From assembly GCA_964234715.1 (NCBI GenBank), contig OZ174278.1: DNA of 64,000 bases, one strand, 5' to 3'. The notes beneath the pieces are model-generated. The model was not told where the DNA came from, did no database searches, and was given only the letters and a program-made list of their open reading frames with translations. This stretch comes from Podarcis melisellensis. Taxonomy: Eukaryota. The stretch's first letter is position 1, and every line of letters starts with the position of its first letter. The position numbers and the translations under genes are program-made. Positions 1 through 10,968 of the stretch are shown piece after piece.

Positions 1-854
1 CTGTGTTTCAGGTTCTCTGCTCCTCTGTATACAATTAAGCTTTGCATTTTCCTCATTCACTATAATGGATAATCTAACAACAACTATAACATTCCCCTCT
101 TTTTGCCAAAATAACTTACAGACACAGAAGCCCCTCTGGTTAGATTAAGCCTGCCAAACTGCAGACAAATACATCCAGAGGCTTGTGGAGGAGAATTAAA
201 AGGGATGAATTTTTCTCCATAATTCCTGTTGGGTTTGTCTCTTCCTTACCTTAAAATATTTAATTAAAATAAATAATTAAGAGGTGGTATATTTTTAGAA
301 ACATGGCAGCTTTGCACCAGTCTTTTTCTGATCGTTGTTTGTGTCCTCTGATAGTCTTTACAGATCTCTGATTGGCCTCATGGTGCAAGGTTGTCGAGAA
401 ACCTCTTTGCAGGGTTCTGAAGAGCTCTGGGCTTTTGTTAAAGCAGAGGAACATAGGATTTTAAAAACAAAACAAAACTCAATGAAGGTTTTTAGTTTTC
501 AAAAAAATTCCCAGTTGATGTGCTTTAACAAAAAATAATAATCCAGAGCCTCACTTCTTGCAAAGCCTGTGGGCCACCCTAGAGAAACACAGAGGTAGAG
601 AAACATTGTTGAATGGCCCAGGGGAGGAAAGAAAAAGAGTGGCAGTGTGACCCAGAGCTTTGTGGGAACCTGGTCTGACTCAGGGAATATAATGACATCA
701 TACCTTGACTGAGATGAAGAGGAGGCTGATTAACTAATTCAGCTTTTTATTTGACCAGTGCACACCTCAGTTAGACATTCTTGTTTGGAAAATCCACATT
801 TGTACTGTTTTGCCATCATTAACTTTACTGGAAATGTCTTTCTTTTTTCCTTAG

Positions 855-887
855 GTGTGTACTGAAAATGGACCATCATTGTCCTTG
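855..887 (+). CDS. ZDHHC20: ZDHHC20 palmitoyltransferase, internal exon encoding the catalytic DHHC motif (CVLKMDHHCPW); upstream exons lie outside the window
   Basis: ttag|...|gtatg boundaries, 33 nt, translates to C-V-L-K-M-D-H-H-C-P-(W). Confidence 0.95.
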
Positions 888-1630
888 GTATGCTTCCCCC
901 CCCCCTTGGGTTCTTAATTTTTGTCTGTGCAGAGAGAAATAAGTAAACCACCTCTTGTTAGCTGTGCTGCAGGATGAACCAAGAACAGGGATAACTAGGA
1001 GTGACTACCTCCTCTGGGGAAATTTTGATTCTACATTACTAGGAGTTGGTCTACTGGCAAAGTCTAAATGTATATTAGGTTTGATTGATTTTTATAACGG
1101 AATGAAAATGAAAATGAAATGAAAAACGAAATGAAAAATGAAAGCCTAAGGCTGCAGTCATATTCTGTTAAAATTAATGGGAAGTTTTATATTGGAAGAG
1201 GATTGTACCATAAAAGGCATTAATATTATTACGTAGTGACAGTTTCTACTGAATGGTTTTAATACTTCCCTTCAGAAGGATTAGAGTTTTAAAATAAAAT
1301 CAGGTTTAGAGCAAAAAAGGATCATTAGAATGAAAGAGACAATTTGTGAATAAATGGAAACAACTGGACAAAAATACAAATTGTATTCATGTTTGCATAG
1401 TTAATAAGCAACATTTCAGTCATTTTTAATTGATAAAGGGATGGTTTTTAAAAATCAATTTCAGCTTTGTGCATTGTAAAAGAGAGCAAACTTTTTTACT
1501 TTAGGCATTTAAGTTACTTCCAGAAAACAGTTTGCCTAATTCTGCTTGCAATGGCAAATCTAAAAGATAGACCCTTTTAATGCCTGCCATTCTTCCAGGT
1601 TTACATAGCAGTTTCTCTTTTCTTTTCTAG

Positions 1631-1751
1631 GGTGAATAACTGCGTGGGATTTTCAAACTACAAGTTTTTCCTCCTGTTTTTATTTTATTCCCTCCTGTAT
1701 TGTCTTTTTGTTGCCTCTACAGTGCTGCAATATTTCATAAAATTTTGGACA
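1631..1751 (+). CDS. ZDHHC20: ZDHHC20 exon ([40 protein letters not shown])
   Basis: Polypyrimidine ctag acceptor, gtaagt donor, 121 nt, in phase with previous exon; end of DHHC cysteine-rich domain plus TM helix. Confidence 0.95.
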
Positions 1752-3098
1752 GTAAGTGGGATTTTTTTATTTAAAAAATCATATCTTAGATATTTTATCT
1801 GTCTATTTAGCTGTCTGTCTCTTTGTGTTTAAACATCATGCATTTATTGTTGACATACCACATATAACCATCATCAGTTTGAAGCGCCTGAAGGAATAAA
1901 AACCTACCGATAGTTAATCTAAATTTATTTATTTAATAATGTGTGTTTTTTCAGATTCACTAGAGCTGGAAAACTCTGGGACAGTTTTCACTCTGCATGT
2001 TTTAAGAGACTACATTATGTTCATATGACATTTATTAACTCGAAAAATGTCAACATTGCCCTCATCTAATTCCAAAATAATGTTCTTCACTACTCTGATT
2101 GAGTAGCATTCTTTACTTTATATTAAATCACTACCTGAAAATACAATATTATGAAGGCTGTAGACCACTGAGGTTTGTGCCACAAGAAGCCCAAAATGCC
2201 TCATGTTGCCAATGGCTGTGGACTTGCACCGTTGTGCTTCTGAAGAACATGGAATATAAGAGAGCTGCTTATTTAATGAGATAACTTCTTACATTAAAGA
2301 AGTCAGTTTTGATTTCAGAAAACAGTTTGTGTGTGCATGTATCACAAGTAGAAAAGGAAAATCTTTGACCGGCTCAGAGTAAATTCTCTCTCTTAATATT
2401 CCATGAGATCTTCTCTTGTGAGGATAAAGACACCCTTCTGAGGGTTGGTTAAGCATAGAGAAATATGAGCCTTATAGAATGATAGAATTGTAGAGTTAAA
2501 GGGACCCTGAGAGTTGTTTAGTCCAATGCCCTGCCATGCATGAATCCTGCCCACAGCCTCAAACCACCAGCCTTCTGGTTAACAGCCAGACGCGTTGATC
2601 CACTGTGCCACAAAGGGCTTTATTTGGCCATGCAAAGGAGATTGTTAGCCATTTTGAGACTCCTTAGGGTAGTGATAAAGTGGGATATCAAGTCCAAACT
2701 CCTACTCCTCCTCTTCTTCTTCTTCTTCTTCCTTCTTTCCCATTACATCTGATTTGGAAAACTATGGTTACCAGCTTCAGAACAGGCCAGGATCTTACAT
2801 CAACTTTAAATGGTGGTTTAAGATCCTAACTTGTTTCTAATTTTAAAACCACCATTTCTAGGTTTGGAGATAATGGGGGGGACAATGGTTAACTGGAGGC
2901 TAATTGCAACCTCCTGAGAAGGAAAGGGTGGTGTGCATGCATGCAAGACTCACTCGTTATTTCTTTAAGCTGAGCTAAATACATCTGAACTGAGACAGAC
3001 TTGGCAAATGCCATCCAGTGAGCTTTGTGCCTGAAACATGGAAAGCTACTTTACATCAAATCAAACCACTGGTCCATCAAGCTCAGTATCGTCTACAC

Positions 3099-3228
3099 CA
3101 GTGATGGCCAAACTTGGCCGTCCAGCTGTTTAGGGACTACAATTCCCATCATCCATGACCACTGTTAGCAAGGGATGATGGGAGTTGTAGTCCCAAAACA
3201 GCTGGAGGGCCAAGTTTGGCCATCACTG
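3099..3228. mobile_element. hAT-type MITE inserted in an older SINE-like repeat
   Basis: TIR cagtgatggccaaacttggcc / ggccaagtttggccatcactg; 8-bp TSD gtctacac/atctacac; related copies near 48822-48950 and 55311-55410. Confidence 0.8.
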
Positions 3229-3439
3229 ATCTACACTGACTAGCGATGGCTCTCCAGGGTTTTAGATAGGAGTCTCTCCCAGCTCTGCCTGACGATGATA
3301 AGGACTGTACTTGGAACCTTCTACATTCACAGCAGATGTCCTGTGCGTCCTCACCCAGTGCTTTAAACGTGACGGGATGCATCCAAAATTCTGTGCTTGG
3401 CACCACATACACTTTCTGGGTTTACCAATTATCTATTAA

Positions 3440-3780
3440 AGAATCACAGAATTGTAGAGCTGGTCCAACCTCCTGCAATGCAGGAATCTCAGCTAAAGCA
3501 TCCATGAGAGATGGCCATCTAACCTCTGCTCAAAAACCTTCAAGAAAGGAGAGTCCACAACCTCTCATGGAGACAGCTCCTGATGTCAGAATGTTTTCCC
3601 TGATACTGTATTTAGTCTGAATCTCCTTTCTTGTAACTTGAAGCCATTGGTTTGAGTCCTGCCCTCAGAGCAGGAGAAAACCAGTATGTTCCCTCTTCCA
3701 TGCGACAGCCCTTGAGATATTTAAAGATGGCTATCATATCACCCCTCAGTCTGCTCTTTTCCAGGTTAAACATACCCACA
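3440..3780 (-). mobile_element. CR1 LINE 3' fragment
   Basis: Reverse complement of the CR1 3' end seen at 24510-24755. Confidence 0.7.
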
Positions 3781-4147
3781 ACTACTGTTTTCAGTAACTG
3801 TAGTGAAAGTTACCAAAAGATAGAAGAAGAAGAATTATATATAGCAATACATACAGTACAAATAAGGAGACAAGTGTCTCTGGGCAGCTATTAGTAATAG
3901 GCAGATAGAATCGTAATATTTTTTCATGTGATAATGTAATATCAGTCAGTGGCTCTGAGATACAGTACTGGAACTGGTTAATCTAAAGATGTGTTTTATC
4001 AATCAATTAATTAATTAATTAATAATATTTATACCCTGCCCATCTAGCTGGGTTTTCCCAGCCACTCTGGGTGGCTCCCAACAGAATATTAAAAACACAA
4101 TAAATAATCAAACATTAAAAGCTTCCCTAAACACATTCCATTCCTGG

Positions 4148-4148
<1 letters not shown>

Positions 4149-4181
<33 letters not shown>

Positions 4182-4189
4182 TGTGTGTG
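4149..4189. repeat. Compound (CT)n(GT)n microsatellite
   Basis: Directly visible. Confidence 0.95.
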
Positions 4190-5146
4190 ACTCCCGTTAT
4201 TTTTTCAAGAAACTACTAGATATTCTTGATTTCCTCCATTTTTCAGATATGTGAGTTTTAGCTCACTAACATTTTGAAAGGAAACATGCTGCTTTCCTTT
4301 TAAACATTTTTGAAGATACTTCTCCATCAGTTTTTATAAAGATACATTTTAAAGCAGTGGTTTCCAACTGGCATAACTTACCCAGGGAGTCAATGCCACA
4401 TGCCTGGCAACTATCTGGGGCATCCTGTTTTGGGGTGGCCATGCTGTGCCCCAAAACACACAAGATTGCAGCACCCAAAATTGTGTGATTACTTAACTGC
4501 AGTACTTAACTAATTGGGAACCACTGCTCTAAAGCATAGGGAGATCTGTGGCTTTTTAAAGATCCATTGAGAATGGTTTAAGCTATGATTTTAGAATTAA
4601 AGTGATATACGTAAGCAAAATGATAGGTATCTTGCCTGTACCCAAACCCACTTTCAGTTACATAAAAGAACTAAGCATCATACAATAAATTGAAGGGAGT
4701 CTCCAAATAACTCATTCTGTAATTCTGTAATAGTGGCAAGGACATTGTGCTTTCAAAATGCTCTGATTTGTAGCTGGGTAACAAATTTCCAAACCTCACA
4801 TCACTATGAACATTAGCTTCCAAGAGTCTTCTTGGATCTATATAAAACCAATTGGCTTCAAGGCTGAACTTCCAATGTGGAAAATTAGAGAGAGCAATGT
4901 GTTAATCTTAATTTTAATGGTGTGCCTTGAGTCCACACCATTAAAATAAATTACCTTTTACTTCAATCTCATTGTGCAAACACAAGCTCACCTTTACATG
5001 TTCATCCACTGAATGTAGACTAAGGCCTCTTGCCATTGAATGCTGCACGCATAAGCCATTAATTTTCTAACAACGTTTTTACTGTTTCTAAACACCAGCC
5101 TTGAAGGGATAAAGCTATTTAATAAATTGTCTTTATTTGCACAAAG

Positions 5147-5182
5147 CTTTGCCGCAGGAAATCTGCTGAGAATTGTCCAAAG
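5147..5182 (+). CDS. ZDHHC20: ZDHHC20 36-nt cassette microexon (LCRRKSAENCPK)
   Basis: aag|CTT...AAG|gtaaaa, phase 0/0 between FWT and NEL exons; resembles a 12-aa insert I recall from a mouse Zdhhc20 isoform. Confidence 0.8.
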
Positions 5183-6149
5183 GTAAAATGCAATTTAAGC
5201 TGAAGTCTGTTCTGGTGTGCTCATTCATTTTTAATAATGAAACAAGATTATCATACTATTTTGTAATACTGTCTGTATAATTATGTGTTTTTAATTAATT
5301 GAAGCTTATTGTGGAGAGCCGAAGAAGAAATTAGTACACTTAAATGCTAGTGGTAACTTAAATGGATGCTAATCTATGATGAGAGAATTTTACCTTTCTA
5401 TTTTAAAGGTCATCTTTTAGAAATAATTGGTTTTTCAAGCTATGTAACTGCTGCAATTAAACTATTTATTGTTTCATGAGATTCTTGCAATCTGAGCATA
5501 TGTGGAAAAACTTGAAACTGAATTAAAAATACACGAGACCTTTTCTCATGAAATGACACTTCTACTCAGTGTAAAAACATCATTAAAAAGAACTCCTGCA
5601 CATTCCCTATAACTTTCACCTTCTTACAGAGGCTTACATTGTATGTGGTGTGTGTTGGTTCACATGATCATGTGGCTACTTACAAATAACAGTGTTCAGT
5701 TAACTTCATACTGAACGTCTAATTAAGATCAGATGAGTGGGAGGAAGGCTCATCCTGCCCCCATTTCCGATTTTATAGTTGAATTTATAGTGTGTAGGCT
5801 TACTCTACATCTTCCCTCAGGCAGTTTAAGTTATGTAAAGAAAAATACACGTTGTAAACATCGTATAGGAAGTATAGCAGCACTTAGAAATCATACGGAC
5901 ATGTAACAAAGGATGTTGAATGTGCTTTTACAGTGCTACTCATGTACACTCTGTCACAAAATAATGGCAAGCCCTGTGACTTGCAGTTCTACATTGGTTT
6001 CATATAATTTAGGTTTCTAAAATGCTAAATATGCTAATAGTAATGTTCGGATATGGTGATACTGGCTTTAGCTCAGAGAGGCAACTTTATAGAAGACCAG
6101 CTGTTGAACAGAAATACTAATCCCGCCTCCCGTTTTCTTCTTCTTCCAG

Positions 6150-6282
6150 AATGAACTGCTGGACACACGTGCAAAATTCCATGTTCTCTTCCTTTTCTTT
6201 GTGGCTGCCATGTTCTTCATCAGTATACTGTCACTTTTCAGCTATCACTGCTGGCTGGTTGGCAAAAACAGGTCAACAATAG
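6150..6282 (+). CDS. ZDHHC20: ZDHHC20 exon (NELLDTRAKFHVLFLFFVAAMFFISILSLFSYHCWLVGKNRSTI-E)
   Basis: ttccag acceptor, gttagt donor, 133 nt; TM helix and TTxE-like STIE motif. Confidence 0.95.
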
Positions 6283-7071
6283 GTTAGTAAGCAATCTGCG
6301 GTATTGTTATCTATTCCAATTCCAAGAAACTCAACATTATTCTACTTTACCCTCACCGTTAATCCTGTGAGCTAGGTTAGTCTGAGCATGTGCTATTAGC
6401 TCAAGGTTGCTTAGTGTGTGTCTCATGGCTGTGCTTACTCATAAGCAAGTCCTGTTAAGAATCCCTGGAGTTTAGGATTGTACCCCTCAATCAACATATT
6501 GGTTTAAAGTGACTTACAACGTTCCCTGCTACTGGCCCTTTTAACTTCTTAAAATGCTTCTTTCCATCTTGGGTTGGCTGTTGTTAGATACAGGAGCTGG
6601 TTTAAACCATACCAAATGGAACCTCTTTACTGAAAATGTCTAATTAGTTGCTTCCTACATTTGTTCCAGCCGCTGCCTTTGCTGAATTTGGTCCATGTTT
6701 TTCTAGCTCATTTTTTAAGTGTGCAATTTTAATGACAACAACAACAAACTTTTATTTTGTAGGCATTTTGCATTTTTGCTACTTAATGGCTTTAAAGGGT
6801 AAGACAAATACATGGAGGGTAAGGCTGTCAGTGATTACTAGTCTTAATGGCCATATATTACCTCCAGGCTCAGAGGAATTATGCCTCTGAATAGCAGTTG
6901 CTAGGGAGCACAAGTAGGAGTGTGTTGTTGTGCTGAGGTCCTGGCTGGGCACTGTGAAAACAAGATGCTGGGTGGGCATTTGGCTTGATCCAGCAGGGCT
7001 CTTCATATATTCTTAAGCGATCTGTCCTCTTTCCCACGTTTGTTTACTTTTGTTTTCTGTGTGTGATACAG

Positions 7072-7198
7072 AAGCTTTCAGGGCACCTATGTTTCGAAAT
7101 GGACCTGACAAAAATGGCTTCTCTCTCGGATGCAGTAAAAACTTGAAAGAGGTTTTTGGAGATGAGAAGAAGTACTGGTTGCTACCAATTTTTACAAG
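7072..7198 (+). CDS. ZDHHC20: ZDHHC20 exon ([43 protein letters not shown])
   Basis: acag acceptor, gtattc donor, 127 nt; PaCCT motif. Confidence 0.95.
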
Positions 7199-7513
7199 GT
7201 ATTCCTATTTAAATTTTATTCTTCTACTTTTAAAAGTTATTAGAGTAAAATCTAGAGTTTGGTGATTTAGTGAAGCTAGCAGTCCTAAATACTGCTAAAA
7301 TTGTAACTTGTATATTTCCTGAACAATGAACATACCTATGTGCTAACTAAATGATATATTGTCTGCTAAGACCTAAACTGCGTTATTTTTTAAATTATTT
7401 TTGTGCATAATGTAGCCTGGGAGGTGGCATGTTCAATCCTCTATATTGTGAGGTCCTTGTTCTGTACTGGGTATTTTAGACAAATTATTTAAAATATTCC
7501 GTATTTATATATA

Positions 7514-7761
7514 CAGTGGTAACTTGGGATGCGAATGGGATCCGTTCTGGAGCCCCGTTCGCATCCTGAACGCAACGTAAGCTGCGACGGCGCATCTGCG
7601 CGTGCACGGGTCGCATTTTGCCGCTTCCACGTGTGACGTCATTTTGAGCGTATGCGCGAGCGGCAAAACCCAGAAGTAACGCACTCCATTACTTCTGGGT
7701 TGCCGCAGAGCGCAACTTGAACACGCTCAACTCGAAGCACATTCAACCCGAGGTATGACTG
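7514..7761. mobile_element. Tc1/mariner-Tigger-type MITE
   Basis: TA|cagtggtaacttggg ... cccgaggtatgactg|TA, degenerate TIRs with TA duplication. Confidence 0.7.
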
Positions 7762-9044
7762 TATAAACCTTTTTCTTCAGGACCATGCCACTGTACTACA
7801 TACCAGTTTTTCCTTTTAATTCCTCTGTATTCTAGACAGTTATTATTGTTTTCTCCATTGTAACGTCTGTTGTTGACAAACATTTTCAGAACTTTGCAGT
7901 AGACACCTCTTTTATTCTACATAACTGTTTGTAAGTCTTGTGCATGCCTGCCTGGGAGTAAACTTTATTTGTCAAGATTTTGTTGCGTTTTTAATATTTT
8001 GTTGGTAGCCGCCCAGTGGCTGGGGAATCCCAGTCAAATGGGCGGAGTATAAATAATAAATTATTATTAGTAGTATTAAAATATACCTCCCAAGTAATAT
8101 TCAGTAGGATTGGGCTTCATACATTTATGGTTCAAGTTAAATACAAATGGGACCATATCAAAGTATTTCTATGACTTTGCAAAATAAAGCAGAGTCAAAA
8201 TAGTTGGTCGTCATTAGTTCTTATCTGTGGATATTTGCAGATCATTTGTACAACTGTCCTTTTTTAAAAAGTGGCATCTTTTCCAAGTCCTACTGTTAGT
8301 ATTCCCAGCATGAGGACAACACTTTTTTAAAGGGTCTGTTTTAGTTGCCTTCCACATGCTAACAGCTGTGCTGTAACCTTGAACATGCAGAAATAACATA
8401 CTGTCAAGGAATATAGGTCACTCAGACCTTTGTAAGAACTTTGTATTTAAAAAGACTGCCTTGCTTTGTGAGGTCAGCAGCCAGGTACAGTTTCTACAGT
8501 AATAGCTAACGCCCCATGTTTTAGAAATTTAAGAGAAACCACAAGAAAATTGGATTTCAGTTCAAACTGAGACATTCAAGCACACTCCGGTGAACTCTTG
8601 AGGTTAAACAGACTGCATGTAATTTACTGATAATACACACTCTTTTAAATCTTAAATTTCCTACGGCAAGCTCACATAGGTGTTTTGTGTTGTTCCAGTG
8701 GAGCACAAGCCTTTTTTTGATTTTTGGAGACAAACTTTGTTGAACAAGTACATATATGCTTCCATGGTGTTTATACTAAATAAATAAACGTGCAAGTTAC
8801 CCGCAGCTCTGAAATAAGTCATTTCCTGCATTATTTGTAGTGGAGGTTGCAGTGCTTAAAAGTTACTTAACCATCTGCTATACCAACCAGAACATTCCAT
8901 TGTTTGAACAGGGTGATGTACTATCTACATTTACTGAGTCACTCAAATGTGCCACTTCATATAACTGTTTTAAACCCAGTATATCCATTAGTGTTAGTTT
9001 TTAATAGCACGCTAGTTAGATGTCATGTCTATTTTATTGTTCAG

Positions 9045-9134
9045 TTTAGGGGATGGCTGTAACTTTCCAACACGCTTGGTGATTATGGATCCAGAGCAGC
9101 TTACTGTCTCAAGCCAAAATGATCCTGCTAAAAG
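9045..9134 (+). CDS. ZDHHC20: ZDHHC20 exon ([31 protein letters not shown])
   Basis: ttcag acceptor, AAG|gtgtgt donor, 90 nt, phase 2/2; GDG motif. Confidence 0.92.
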
Positions 9135-9929
9135 GTGTGTGGTTTTTCTTTCACTAAAAGGTGTGTGGTTTTTCTTTCACAATTTACAAAGCAAGGAAAA
9201 ATGCATATTGAAGACCACAGCTGTGGCCAAATGTGAACCGTCCTCTTTGTAGTCTAATCTTTTCCCTGCCTCTGCTTTTGACCCATTGTTCACCAGGTCT
9301 TAGCCTCCTTTTTTACTCCCCCACTCTAAACGTCCTTTGATGCTGTTTGACTTTGAAGTGAGTTAGGCTGGAAAGTTTATTTCTTTTTAATGGGAAGTTC
9401 TTTATGTTTGACAATATTTATAGTGCAAGCTTAGTTATGGACACCTTGTCCATTTAAAATTGAGCTTTCTAAGCCTCATTTTTTCCTGCCTTCGTCCTGA
9501 CCTGCCATATGGAGCTTTCAGCCTTATATCTCTTACAAGCTCACTGTTCTCACCAATTAATTCCCTGTGCATCCTTTCTGTTGTATGCCAGGCATTCAGA
9601 GTAGCCCTTGAGAGAGATTGTGCCAGTTTAGATCATGTAACCACAAACTATTGTTTCTTGTTATAGGCTTGAACAATCCAACCCTCCCCTTTACACTTGA
9701 GGGGAGGACATTTAAAGCCTCTTTTTCTTACTTACTAGGAATGGGTGCCTTAAATTTCCTCCCATCATGCATGAAGGGGAGAGGACAGCAGGCAAGCCTG
9801 AAGCTCATGAAGTTATGTCTGAACTGAGCAATATTAATTCATATTGTGTTGGTCTCCAGAATAGTGTTTAAGAATTTCAAGTTCTTTGGTGCATGAACTC
9901 CAGCTTCTGATAGCAGTTCTTCTTTTCAG

Positions 9930-10045
9930 CTCGGGTCCCAGTCAACCATTTCCTGTTAGGCCACTAAGCGAGTCCCAAAATCGATTGCTGGCCAGTGAAA
10001 ACCAGTGGGTGGAAACCAATTCAGAAGATGAAAATGTTAAATCAG
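9930..10045 (+). CDS. ZDHHC20: ZDHHC20 exon (SGPSQPFPVRPLSESQNRLLASENQWVETNSEDENVKSG)
   Basis: tttcag acceptor, gtaccg donor, 116 nt; PLSESxNRLL matches the ZDHHC2/15/20 C-terminal tail. Confidence 0.92.
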
Positions 10046-10293
10046 GTACCGAATGTTAACTGATTAATTATAATCACTTGTTATAGAATAGAAATTCAAC
10101 ATTCTGATTAAATGAGAGAAAGAGAGAATGGAGAGTAACTGATTTTAAAGATGAACAAGTTTGTTTTTTGCAGATTAATACAAATAAAGAGGTCAGATAC
10201 TGGCTTAATGCCGCTCCTCCCCCAAAAAAATTTCATCATGTAACGTCTCTAAAGCATGTACCTTTATAATTACGTTTTCTTTATTTTTTAAAG

Positions 10294-10331
10294 GTGTAAA
10301 AAAGCATATTATAGTTTCATTGGAGAGCTGA
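10294..10331 (+). CDS. ZDHHC20: ZDHHC20 last coding exon (GVKKHIIVSLES*); exon continues as UTR to 10375
   Basis: aag acceptor, TGA at 10329-10331, similar to the mammalian GTNNHVTVAIEN tail; G|gtaaga donor at 10376. Confidence 0.8.
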
Positions 10332-10968
10332 TCTTGGCTTCAGTGTCCATCCCTCTCAGTGGAGAGGAAAAGATGGTAAGATAACTTCCGCTCAGAAATA
10401 GTGATTTATTGTGACCTTGCAAGGCTGTGAAATAAGATTCTTTTCGTTTTGAAAGCCTTCCTTTTTTTTAAAAAAAAAAAAAGGAAAATTGAGCATGGGT
10501 GATGCATCAGAAATATAAAGCCTGGTCTTAAAAGTGAAGGCAGAAACACAGCAATTAAGGACAGTGTTTCTTCAGTGTGGAGTAGCCGCGATCAGTTCCC
10601 TTGTGTCTGTGATTAGGGGATGAGTTTTCTATAGGCTAATTTGAGATACCGCAAATCTATTTCCAAAGCAGATTTAAAGCAGCAGGCAGATTTCACAGAG
10701 TAGAAGCCAATTCCTGTTTGGATAGAAATGTGTTTACAGTGCAGTTGCCAGCATCCCAAGACCCAAGCTGATAGAAGTTGTATGAGTGGAACGCAGGTGG
10801 CAGCACAGAGACCCCAGTTGGGCTTCAGTCATTTTGGAGAAAGCCCTTCATAAGCAGTAAGTCATGCAAGGAAGTGACATAGATCGAAATACGGAGTAGG
10901 TAGCCATGTCTTTTTTCTATCTCTGTCTTTATGCAGCATTACACTAATGCAATTTGTTTTCTGTATAG

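Noticed and set aside
1100-1143. (GAAAT/GAAAAT)n run
   Set aside because: Ordinary low-complexity intronic repeat
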